Below are positions 1 through 7,001 of a DNA stretch of 32,000 nucleotides, one piece after another. Under the pieces are notes generated by a model. It was not told the origin of the DNA. It searched no databases and was given only the letters and a program-made list of their open reading frames with translations. This DNA is from an uncultured Gammaproteobacteria bacterium (GTDB lineage Bacteria > Patescibacteriota > Microgenomatia > Daviesbacterales > UBA10151): assembly GCA_964360965.1 (NCBI GenBank), contig CAYHYM010000004.1, forward strand, positions 30,001 through 62,000, given 5' to 3'. Every line of letters begins with the position of its first letter. The first letter of the stretch is position 1. A program made the translations under genes and the position numbers.

Positions 1-907
1 ACCTTCCATCAAAGCCAATCACCTGAACAATAGGTAGGTTATGGATTTGAGCTCTTGCAAAATCATCCATGTCATGGGCTGGGGTAAGTTTGATAATTCC
101 TGTTCCAAAAGTAGGATCAACAGTGTCATCCGCTATAATTTTCATCTCTTTGTCTGTTAAAGGATTTTTTACTTTTCTACCTGTATACCGGGAATTTTTC
201 TTATCTTTTGGGTTAATAGCCAGATAGTCATCAATCATGATTGGCTCTGGTCTGGTGGTAGCAATAACTAAATATTCTGGCTCGCCAGCTTTGCTGTTAA
301 TTAGTGGGTAGCGGACATAATATAGCGGATCTTTTCTTTCTTCATAAACTACTTCTAAATCAGAAAAGGAGGTGCCATTTGTAGTGCAGTAATTAACCAA
401 TCTTTGGGTTCTGTAAACCAATCCATCATCAAACAGTTTTTTAAAGGTTTTGTAGACAACTTTGACAATATCAGGATCAAGAGTAAATTTTTGTCTGGAC
501 CAATCAAGAGAAAACCCCAGTCTTTTGAGTTGCTGTTCCATATTTCCTCTATTCTCTGCCACAAAATCCCAAATCATCTGATAAAGGGTGGTTCTGTCGT
601 AATCAAATCTGGATTTTCCTTGATTCTCAAGATGTTTTTCAAAAACAAATTGTGTTTCAAAACCGGCATGGTCTGCTCCGGGCAGCCACAAAGTAGCTTC
701 ACCTTTCATCCTATGATATCGGATGAGAATATCTTCAATGGTATACATGGCATGGCCAAAATGTAGGGGGGCATTGGCATTGGGTGGAGGTAAGATGATG
801 GTAAAAGGTTTGCCATCAGGATTTATTTCAGGCTTAAAATAGCCTGCCTTTTCCCAAAATTTGTACCATTTTTGTTCAACCTTAGTTTGATTATAAACTT
901 TGTCCAT
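1..907 (-). CDS. valS: Valyl-tRNA synthetase, N-terminal ~302 codons (gene runs off the left edge)
   Basis: Own reverse-strand translation from the ATG at 907-905: MDKVYNQTKVEQKWYKFWEKAGYFKP...ILPPPNANAPLHFGHA (class I HIGH motif)...WLPGADHAGFETQ...ATTRPEP...KLTPAHD. This is collinear with ValS N-termini. It is missing from the ORF track because it is open at the edge. ORFs 355..564(-) and 404..766(+) are out-of-frame shadows. Confidence 0.85.
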   Translation of the reverse strand, partial: MDKVYNQTKVEQKWYKFWEKAGYFKPEINPDGKPFTIILPPPNANAPLHFGHAMYTIEDILIRYHRMKGEATLWLPGADHAGFETQFVFEKHLENQGKSRFDYDRTTLYQMIWDFVAENRGNMEQQLKRLGFSLDWSRQKFTLDPDIVKVVYKTFKKLFDDGLVYRTQRLVNYCTTNGTSFSDLEVVYEERKDPLYYVRYPLINSKAGEPEYLVIATTRPEPIMIDDYLAINPKDKKNSRYTGRKVKNPLTDKEMKIIADDTVDPTFGTGIIKLTPAHDMDDFARAQIHNLPIVQVIGFDGR

Positions 908-939
908 CAGCATAAGTATAGGGTGCTTGTAGTAGTTGG

Positions 940-1329
940 TCAACGATGACTATGCCGGGGTACTGGTTTAAAAAAGATTTTATTTCTTTCTTTTTGAGAA
1001 AAGGGAGTTCTCCAGGTGGCAAACTGTAACTGTTCATCAACATCTTCAAAGGCAACAGTCATAGTGTTATGAGTACGGTTTAGAAAGACTGTTCTAAGTC
1101 GGTAAACAGCGCCTGGTTGATAGGGAGTAGCTGGTTTTTTATTGGCATAAATATACTCATCTCTTCCAGGTATTTTAATAGTGACACTATTCAAGCCCAC
1201 TATAATACTATTACCTTTATCTTCATAAATAGTATGCACTACCCTCACATTAGGCTCTTCTGATTCTGGTTTATCCCAAAGTTCAGGATTTATTTGTCTT
1301 GCTACTTCACTAATACCTTCAATATTCAT
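940..1329 (-). CDS. Hypothetical protein (129 aa)
   Basis: Long ORF 32 bp upstream of valS on the same strand. No family recognised by eye. Confidence 0.5.
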   Translation of the reverse strand: MNIEGISEVARQINPELWDKPESEEPNVRVVHTIYEDKGNSIIVGLNSVTIKIPGRDEYIYANKKPATPYQPGAVYRLRTVFLNRTHNTMTVAFEDVDEQLQFATWRTPFSQKERNKIFFKPVPRHSHR

Positions 1330-1330
1330 T

Positions 1331-1359
1331 TTTTATAAAAAATAACCCCAGAAGGGTTA
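1331..1359 (-). terminator. Intrinsic-terminator-like hairpin plus U-tract downstream of tsaD
   Basis: Minus-strand RNA reads UAACCC-uucug-GGGUUA (1359-1343) followed by UUUUUUAUAAAA. The tract ends 1 nt before the ATG at 1329. Confidence 0.45.
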
Positions 1360-1370
1360 ATTTAAGTATG

Positions 1371-1399
1371 ATTATATGATTTAGGTTCATTATTGTCAA
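1371..1399 (-). promoter_or_regulatory. Consensus sigma70-type promoter TTGACA-17-TATAAT reading toward the 129-aa ORF and valS
   Basis: Minus strand: TTGACA at 1399-1394 (overlaps the tsaD stop codon), 17-nt spacer, TATAAT at 1376-1371. Confidence 0.55.
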
Positions 1400-2538
1400 G
1401 CGAGGGATAAATTGGGATCTGCCTGAAGTTTTAAAGGATTTGGGATGGGTTTTTGGAAAAATCCAGCTGCTGCAATCATGGCTCCGTTATCTGTACACAA
1501 GTCTGGTGGAGGAATATATAATTTAATATTTGAATTCAAACTGTCCACTGTAACCTGTAACCTGTCAACTAACTTTTTATTTGCAGCCACACCGCCGGCA
1601 ATCATGATATTTTTCACAGGATGAACTTTTAATGCCTGGATTACTTTTTCTACTAAAGATTCAACTATGGTATTTTCAATAGCAGCAGCCAGATCTTGCT
1701 TCACCTCCGAGGAGTCAAAGCCCACCTCGGAGGTGTGTACCAGGTTTGCTACTGCAGTTTTTAAGCCTGAATAAGAGAAATCAAAATCTTTTGATCCCTT
1801 CATAGGAATGGGAAGTTTAAATCTATTTGGATTACCTTTTTGAGCCAGTTTGGAAATTTCCGGTCCTCCTGGATAGGAAAGTCCTAATAATCTGGCACAT
1901 TTATCAAAGCACTCACCTGCCGCATCATCCCTGGTGCCACCTAAATAATCATACTTGCCATGACTGGTAAAAAGCACTAAATCCGTATGCCCACCTGAAA
2001 CCAGTAAGCCTAAACAAGGAAATACTGGTACTTCACCTCCGGGATGTTCTGTTTGAATCCAGTTGGCATAAAAGTGGCCAAGTAAATGGTTAACTGGTAT
2101 TAATGGTTTATTCCAAACTAAGGCTAGAGTTTTGGCTGTTTCTACTCCCACCAAAAGGGATCCAATCAGTCCTGGACCGTATGTGACAGCTATGGCATCA
2201 ATTTTCTTTATTCTGTCATCCCGACGAATGTCGGGATCCAATTCCGAACGTGACTTTGTTAATTGGATTCTCCTCGAGTCTGAGCGACCTCGGAGTCGAA
2301 GACCTGCATTCGCAGGAATGACATCGGGAAAGATTTGACTTAGTGCTTCCTCAATTACCGGAATAATGCTTTTGATCTGTTCCCTGGCAGCTTGTTCCGG
2401 AATAATTCCTCCATATTTGGCTTGTAAATTAGCTGATGATGCTACGACATTGGATAATATTTTTACTCCATCTTTATCCTTTATCAATATAGCAACTGCT
2501 GTCTCATCGCAACTAGTTTCAATACCGAGTATTATCAT
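1396..2538 (-). CDS. tsaD: tRNA N6-adenosine threonylcarbamoyltransferase TsaD (Kae1/Gcp family), carrying two in-frame GC-rich inserts
   Basis: MIILGIETSCDETAVA start, HLLGH metal-binding motif, VSGGHT and IAGGVAAN blocks are canonical TsaD. The segments VIPANAGLRLRGRSDSRRIQLTKSRSELDPDIRRDD and TSEVGFDSSEV are extra. Confidence 0.92.
   Translation of the reverse strand: MIILGIETSCDETAVAILIKDKDGVKILSNVVASSANLQAKYGGIIPEQAAREQIKSIIPVIEEALSQIFPDVIPANAGLRLRGRSDSRRIQLTKSRSELDPDIRRDDRIKKIDAIAVTYGPGLIGSLLVGVETAKTLALVWNKPLIPVNHLLGHFYANWIQTEHPGGEVPVFPCLGLLVSGGHTDLVLFTSHGKYDYLGGTRDDAAGECFDKCARLLGLSYPGGPEISKLAQKGNPNRFKLPIPMKGSKDFDFSYSGLKTAVANLVHTSEVGFDSSEVKQDLAAAIENTIVESLVEKVIQALKVHPVKNIMIAGGVAANKKLVDRLQVTVDSLNSNIKLYIPPPDLCTDNGAMIAAAGFFQKPIPNPLKLQADPNLSLA
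1702..1735. repeat. 34-nt GC-rich hairpin element (11-bp arms) inside tsaD, twin of 30849..30882
   Basis: CACCTCCGAGG-agtcaaagccca-CCTCGGAGGTG. Its reverse complement matches 30849-30882 at 33 of 34 positions. Confidence 0.85.
2212..2322. repeat. About 110-nt GC-rich multi-hairpin element inserted in frame in tsaD (boundaries approximate)
   Basis: Hairpins ATCCCGAC-gaat-GTCGGGAT (2218-2237), CGAC-ctcgga-GTCG (2285-2298) and CCTGC-attc-GCAGG (2303-2316). Clearly GC-rich compared with the flanking sequence. Encodes VIPANAGL...DPDIRRDD. Confidence 0.75.
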
Positions 2539-2566
2539 GCCGGTATTGTACTTTTTTATCCCAGAT

Positions 2567-2596
2567 TTGACAAATATCTTATAACCATGCTAGGAT
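2567..2596 (+). promoter_or_regulatory. Putative promoter for ORF 2607
   Basis: TTGACA (2567-2572), 18-nt spacer, TAGGAT (2591-2596). The ATG lies 10 nt downstream and there is no Shine-Dalgarno (SD) sequence. Confidence 0.4.
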
Positions 2597-2606
2597 TTGG
2601 CACAAT

Positions 2607-3299
2607 ATGACAAATATAGAGCTTCCTAAATATTATCCAGAAATTTCTTTAGCAGATGAGCTGGACAGACAAAGGCAAGAATCCACTGAAAGAGTAGCTG
2701 TCCCTTTAGGGATAGATAGAGCTACATTCCAAGTTAAACTTCCCTCAAAATGGCCTGAGAGGGGTAAAAATTATGATGAATATGCTCTAAAAGTTCCTTT
2801 AATCTCTTTGGATTTAACCCCTTTCGGTTTTAGCTGGTTACAGGTTACAGAAGCTGCTTTGTATTATGATCCGGAAAATCCTAATGAGGTAATTAAACCC
2901 TTTATTTGGGATGAGTTAAGGAAAACTGATAATGGCAAAGATCGGTTAAGGGTTTGGAGAGATCCCAGAAAGGGAATTGAGCCTTTTCCTCAAGTTCCTC
3001 ATGCTGTCTGGATTCAAGATGGGACCAGATATGCGCGGGGGCAATCACCCAGGGATGTCAGAAGAAATCTAAATGTTGTGGAAAGGGCAGGGGACCATTT
3101 TAAGGGTACTAGTTTGAACTTACTTCGCCCTGATATGTTTAAAAACATGTGGTGGTATTTTGTTGGTGGACAGCTTGGGTCCGGTGGCGTGCCCTATGGT
3201 TACTGGGATTCCGGGCCGGGGTTCGGTGCTAGCTGGGATGCCGATCCTTATGATGGCTTCCGCCCTCTTGTCTCTGGGAGTGAATATTCTGTAGCTTGA
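2607..3299 (+). CDS. Hypothetical protein (230 aa) with a Gly/Trp/Asp-rich C-terminus
   Basis: Long ORF divergent from tsaD. No family recognised. Confidence 0.55.
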   Translation: MTNIELPKYYPEISLADELDRQRQESTERVAVPLGIDRATFQVKLPSKWPERGKNYDEYALKVPLISLDLTPFGFSWLQVTEAALYYDPENPNEVIKPFIWDELRKTDNGKDRLRVWRDPRKGIEPFPQVPHAVWIQDGTRYARGQSPRDVRRNLNVVERAGDHFKGTSLNLLRPDMFKNMWWYFVGGQLGSGGVPYGYWDSGPGFGASWDADPYDGFRPLVSGSEYSVA

Positions 3300-3323
3300 T
3301 TCTTTTCGACGCAATTTTGTCGC

Positions 3324-3721
3324 TTAATCTATTTTAACAGAGTGCTCTTTTAGCCATTTGGAGATTTGTTCAACTGTTAAATTGCCATTGTCTACTCTAA
3401 CTGCAAACTCTACTTCTTCTTTATGTTGATTTATTAATTTATACTCATTTTTTTAAGGAATAAACCAGCTGAAGTTAAAGCGGCGCGTTTGTTGCCATCT
3501 ACAAAGGGATGATTTTTTAAAAGTGACTGTAGTAGGGCTGCAGCTTTGTCAAAAATGGAAATATATAAATATTCGCCTCCAAATGTAGCTTGTGGTCTAG
3601 CTACCGCTGATTCTACCAAACCCATGTCCCTGGTTCCTAAAGAACCGCCAAATCTTTTTACCATTTGATCGTGAATAAATAGAACCTGTTCTATTGTGAG
3701 AAAAATAATTTTTGTTTTCAC
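3324..3721 (-). pseudogene. doc: Doc (Fic-fold) toxin interrupted by a 1-nt frameshift in an A7 run
   Basis: ORF 3434..3721 carries the Fic/Doc motif HPFVDGNKRAA and stops at ...LFLKKMSIN*. The -1 frame continues as NEYKLINQHKEEVEFAVRVDNGNLTVEQISKWLKEHSVKID* down to 3324, a typical Doc C-terminus. The switch point is the T7 run on the + strand at 3448-3454. Confidence 0.75.
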
Positions 3722-3954
3722 CTATGGGAGAGTTCTTGTAAGACGTCTTTGTGATCTTCAATAAACTGATCCACCATTTTGGCGAATCTTACATCTACAC
3801 CAGGTATCTTGATTTTCTTTTGTGGAATTAAGGTAAGACCCTGATTTGTTTCTTTCCACTCAACCTTTGACCCATCCCGTATAGAAAGCTGGTGGGCATA
3901 GGCTTTAGGTACAGTAACTGCTAAAGAGTTACCATTTTTAAATACTTTTCTCAT
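3718..3954 (-). CDS. AbrB/MazE/SpoVT-type antitoxin paired with Doc
   Basis: KNGNSLAVTVPKAYAHQLSIRDGSKVEW is the SpoVT-AbrB swapped-hairpin signature. Overlaps doc by 4 bp. Confidence 0.75.
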   Translation of the reverse strand: MRKVFKNGNSLAVTVPKAYAHQLSIRDGSKVEWKETNQGLTLIPQKKIKIPGVDVRFAKMVDQFIEDHKDVLQELSHR

Positions 3955-3960
3955 GCCTTA

Positions 3961-3995
3961 ATGATACCATAAATGTACTGACAAGGTACTGACAA
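3961..3995 (-). promoter_or_regulatory. Extended -10 promoter plus tandem operator-like repeats for the antitoxin/doc operon
   Basis: Minus-strand TGGTATCAT (3969-3961) lies 6 nt from the ATG at 3954. GTACTGACAA occurs at 3975-3984 and 3986-3995, an 11-bp period. Confidence 0.4.
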
Positions 3996-4007
3996 ATTAA
4001 TGTGGGG

Positions 4008-4013
4008 TATAAT
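4008..4013 (+). promoter_or_regulatory. Candidate -10 box (TATAAT) for the nuclease gene
   Basis: TATAAT lies 8 nt upstream of the GTG start at 4022. No convincing -35 box. Confidence 0.3.
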
Positions 4014-4021
4014 ATTTCCCA

Positions 4022-4897
4022 GTGATTACTAAATCAAAACAGGAATATATTAAAAATGCTATTTATCTTTCCTATACTTCTTTAAATGATTTTTTGAAGT
4101 GTCCCGGGAGCTATTATTTAAAAAACATCTACAGAGATCCCAAAACCGGCTTTAGGATGCAGATTGCCTCACCTTATCTTTCTTTAGGTTCAACAGTCCA
4201 TGATGCTATAAAGTGGCATATAGAAATGGCAGGCCCGCTTCGACTCGCGTCGAGCGAGGCGAGACAGGTAACATATGAACAATTGGAGGGAAAATTTAGA
4301 AATCTATGGCTAAAATATACCGGTAAAAGAGGGGGTTTCTCCACCAAAGAAGATGAAGCAAGTTTTGGTAAGCGCGGCCTGTTAATGTTGGAGAATTTTT
4401 TTAGAAATGCCAAAAACTTGGAAGATAAACATCACAGTATAGAATTTCCTAAATACCCATTATTGGATAATGTAATTTTAATGGGGAATTTTGACTTTAT
4501 TGGGGAAAAAGAGGATCAGACCTTACATGTTGTGGATTTTAAAACCGGAGCAAATGATGAAAAAGATCCAATTCAGCTTTATATTTATGCCATTTTGGCA
4601 GAGGCTAATTTGGAAAAATCAGTTTCTTCAGCTTCATTTTGGTATTTGGACAGGGAAGATAAACCGCGTGATATAGTTTTAGATCCGCTGGAACCAAAAC
4701 TGGAATGGTTAAAAGAAAAAGCCACAGAGTTAAAAAAGGCAATTGGGGAGGGAATGTGGGTTTGTCCTTCGACTCGCTCCGCTCGCTCAGGATTATGTAG
4801 AGATTGTAGAGACTATCATGCCATTTTGGATGGAAAAGGTGAATTTCAATTTACTGATTATAGATACAAGAAAGATGTTTATTACCTTCCCAAATAG
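4022..4897 (+). CDS. PD-(D/E)XK nuclease, RecB/Cas4-like, with a Cys cluster
   Basis: GNFDFIG...HVVDFKTG (D...DxK) and QLYIYAIL (QxxxY) motifs. One N-terminal Cys (FLKCPG) plus C-terminal C-x10-C-x2-C. GTG start. Two GC-rich in-frame inserts. Confidence 0.7.
   Translation: MITKSKQEYIKNAIYLSYTSLNDFLKCPGSYYLKNIYRDPKTGFRMQIASPYLSLGSTVHDAIKWHIEMAGPLRLASSEARQVTYEQLEGKFRNLWLKYTGKRGGFSTKEDEASFGKRGLLMLENFFRNAKNLEDKHHSIEFPKYPLLDNVILMGNFDFIGEKEDQTLHVVDFKTGANDEKDPIQLYIYAILAEANLEKSVSSASFWYLDREDKPRDIVLDPLEPKLEWLKEKATELKKAIGEGMWVCPSTRSARSGLCRDCRDYHAILDGKGEFQFTDYRYKKDVYYLPK
4229..4267. repeat. GC-rich repeat fragment in frame in the nuclease gene
   Basis: ggcccgCTTCGACtcgcGTCGAGcgaggcgagacagg encodes GPLRLASSEARQ. 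Contains the CTTCGAC core shared with the other elements. Confidence 0.6.
4766..4792. repeat. GC-rich repeat fragment (CCTTCGAC...GCTCAGG type) in frame in the nuclease gene
   Basis: CCTTCGACtcgctccgctcGCTCAGGa encodes PSTRSARSG, between the first and second C-terminal cysteines. Confidence 0.65.
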
Positions 4898-4918
4898 TGG
4901 CTAGACTTCATGAGTAGT

Positions 4919-5350
4919 TTAACCTGTTTTTTTAGAATCTGGGATTATGACTGAAATAACAGGTTTTTGATCTAACAATTCTACCACAAAAAGCCCATGC
5001 AAAAGAGTGGCTGTTTTAAGCACTTGCTCAAGAGGGACTCCTGTTTCTTTGGCAATTTGTTCAGCAGGTGCGCTCCAATGATGATCTTTTAAAGAGCGGG
5101 TAAAAGCTCCCAAGGGCTGGTTTTTGTAAGCTGCCATTCTGGTAAGAAAAGCCAGAGGTTCTGCCAGTTCACTAAATGGCTTGGGGGCACAAGGTGTATC
5201 AGGTATGGGTACTTTAGTTAGATCAACAGGAACTGTTAATTGCTCAACAAGCATCATTTCTACTGTAGATCTATTTTCCAAGCTTGTCAAAAAAGCTGTT
5301 TGGTTAAGGTGAACTAGCCTCAAAAAACGTGAATTAATACCGCAAAACAC
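4919..5350 (-). CDS. Hypothetical protein; start uncertain (GTG at 5350, or the ATG pair about 31 codons in)
   Basis: ORF downstream of the hydrolase gene on the same strand. The C-terminal half looks helix-turn-helix-like (weak). Confidence 0.4.
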   Translation of the reverse strand: MFCGINSRFLRLVHLNQTAFLTSLENRSTVEMMLVEQLTVPVDLTKVPIPDTPCAPKPFSELAEPLAFLTRMAAYKNQPLGAFTRSLKDHHWSAPAEQIAKETGVPLEQVLKTATLLHGLFVVELLDQKPVISVIIPDSKKTG

Positions 5351-5387
5351 CTTAAATTCACGCTAAATTGACAAAAGTAAGTGAATT

Positions 5388-6221
5388 TCAGCTAAGTTGA
5401 TGGACCATGTCTTCTACCATTTCTCTAACTCTTGCTTGCTGAGGATAAGTTGAATCTTTATCTGAGACTGCTTTATCGCTTGTTAAAGCTACAAAGCTGT
5501 GTTCAATATATCTACGGTCTATAGATTGCAGATAACCTGCTTGATGGCAATAACTAAATCCATCTTGGGTAATATTACCATCTTTATGCCTAACAGTAAC
5601 CTCTTGACCACTTGCTGTAGCAGTTTTTCTAGTAGGGATCCATCTTAAAAACTTTTGGCCCAGATAATTATCTCTAACTAAAAAGCCTTTCCTAAACTCA
5701 TATAAAAATTGGCCTACATTTTGAGCTGTTGTTTCATTTAGTGTGCCTGATTCAAGATTTAAGATAGTAGTATCATGAAGATGCCAATTGGATAAAACAT
5801 CCTGTATTCTATTTCTACCTGCTACATCCGCTACCTTGGCAATTGCTACGTTATCAGAAAATTGAATAGAGTATCTTAGGAGATCTTCTAAAGTCTTTGT
5901 TGGCAGCATGTCCCTTCTAACAGCTTTGGACATAGCCCAGAGAGGAAGAAATTCTACTTTAAGTCTTCCAGTACCATGCATATTTTCCTGATACTCGTAA
6001 GGGGTAATATGATATCTTTGTTGTAAATCAAGCACCTCATCTTCTACTATTTTTAGAGCTACAGCCACTATAAAAAGTTTACCCAAAGAAGCAGCAGGTT
6101 GTTTCTCATGAGAATTGTATTCAGTAACTACTTGGTCAGTTTTTAAATTCTGTTGGAAGAAAGCAGTATGTAACTGACCATAAGTTTGTATACCACTTGC
6201 TTCTTTAATTGAGCCTGTCAT
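5388..6221 (-). CDS. Serine hydrolase with a class A beta-lactamase-like fold and no signal peptide
   Basis: SxxK (ASLGK), SDN (QFSDNVAIAKV) and a KTG-like HKDG motif occur in the expected order. Confidence 0.55.
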   Translation of the reverse strand: MTGSIKEASGIQTYGQLHTAFFQQNLKTDQVVTEYNSHEKQPAASLGKLFIVAVALKIVEDEVLDLQQRYHITPYEYQENMHGTGRLKVEFLPLWAMSKAVRRDMLPTKTLEDLLRYSIQFSDNVAIAKVADVAGRNRIQDVLSNWHLHDTTILNLESGTLNETTAQNVGQFLYEFRKGFLVRDNYLGQKFLRWIPTRKTATASGQEVTVRHKDGNITQDGFSYCHQAGYLQSIDRRYIEHSFVALTSDKAVSDKDSTYPQQARVREMVEDMVHQLS

Positions 6222-6286
6222 GGTTGGATTGTATCATAAAAGTTTAACTTCTGCTAAATTGTTATATTTGTGGAAGCCTACCTGTA

Positions 6287-6727
6287 TTATTCTCCGGCTA
6301 ATTTAAAGCCCGGCTTAGGGTACCAATCATCAAAAGAAAATATCAAATTTGTTTCAAACTTATTGGCAGTTGCAGCCACAATTGCGTCAAAAATAGTATT
6401 TTGCTTAGATTGAGACCTTGTTTCAAAAATAATCGCTGCCTTAGTTTGAATTTCTAAGTTTACGTACTCCACAGTAAAAGCTCCTGCCAGATATTGTTTA
6501 TTTATTAATTTTGCTTTATCAGGTAGGTTTTTAGCACGAGATAAGGCTGTAATTGTTTCCAGAATAGCAGTATTAGGATAAATTACTTGAAATCTTTTTA
6601 AGTTGAGCCACTGACTGATTCTCTTTGCTTTTTGGTGATTAGCATCTTGCTTATCTGCTAAAGCTATTAAGGAATCCGCATCTCCTATAATAATATTGTT
6701 CACTTTTGTCTTTTCTCTCCACCCCAA
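6287..6727 (-). CDS. PIN-domain toxin (VapC-like)
   Basis: N-terminal IIIGDADSLIAL and C-terminal IFDAIVAATANKFETNLIFSFDDWY are typical PIN acidic motifs. Overlaps the upstream RHH gene. Confidence 0.7.
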   Translation of the reverse strand: MGWREKTKVNNIIIGDADSLIALADKQDANHQKAKRISQWLNLKRFQVIYPNTAILETITALSRAKNLPDKAKLINKQYLAGAFTVEYVNLEIQTKAAIIFETRSQSKQNTIFDAIVAATANKFETNLIFSFDDWYPKPGFKLAGE

Positions 6728-6963
6728 GCGTAGTAGTCGTGATTTATAGATACATCCGTAGGAGAACCTTGTTGGCTGGGCATTTGTTCTGCCATCTTAG
6801 CCAGATCAAGTAAAGCCTGGGCATTGGATTTAGGGTGATTAATCTCCAAGCCCTTACTCAGGGCCTCTCTTATAATTTCAGCTTCAGCCTTATTCTTATC
6901 TTGAGCTATTAAGCTAATTCTTCTTCTGGTATCATCCGGGATGTGAACACTGATTCTTTGCAT
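6700..6963 (-). CDS. Ribbon-helix-helix (CopG-type) antitoxin
   Basis: MQRISVHIPDDTRRRISLIAQDKNKAEAEIIREALSKGL is an RHH signature. The start is placed at the ATG at 6963 because the -10 box lies inside the longer ORF-track call. Confidence 0.7.
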   Translation of the reverse strand: MQRISVHIPDDTRRRISLIAQDKNKAEAEIIREALSKGLEINHPKSNAQALLDLAKMAEQMPSQQGSPTDVSINHDYYAWGGEKRQK

Positions 6964-6972
6964 ATGTATTAC

Positions 6973-7001
6973 ATCATACATCATACAAACAGGTTTGTCA
7001 A
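6973..7001 (-). promoter_or_regulatory. Promoter TTGACA-17-TATGAT for the RHH/PIN operon
   Basis: Minus strand: TTGACA (7001-6996), 17-nt spacer, TATGAT (6978-6973). The ATG lies 9 nt downstream. Confidence 0.55.

Noticed and set aside
355-766. ORF-track calls 355..564(-) and 404..766(+)
   Set aside because: Both lie inside the clearly homologous valS reading frame (1..907, minus strand). They are out-of-frame or antisense shadow ORFs with no recognisable motifs.
2132-2584. Plus-strand ORFs 2132..2338 and 2366..2584
   Set aside because: They are antisense to tsaD, whose frame shows canonical TsaD motifs throughout. Part of 2132..2338 is only the open antisense frame of the GC-rich repeat.
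6964-6984. Longer start for the RHH antitoxin (MMYDVIH...)
   Set aside because: The proposed -10 box (6973-6978) lies inside this extension. The RHH beta-strand begins right after the ATG at 6963.
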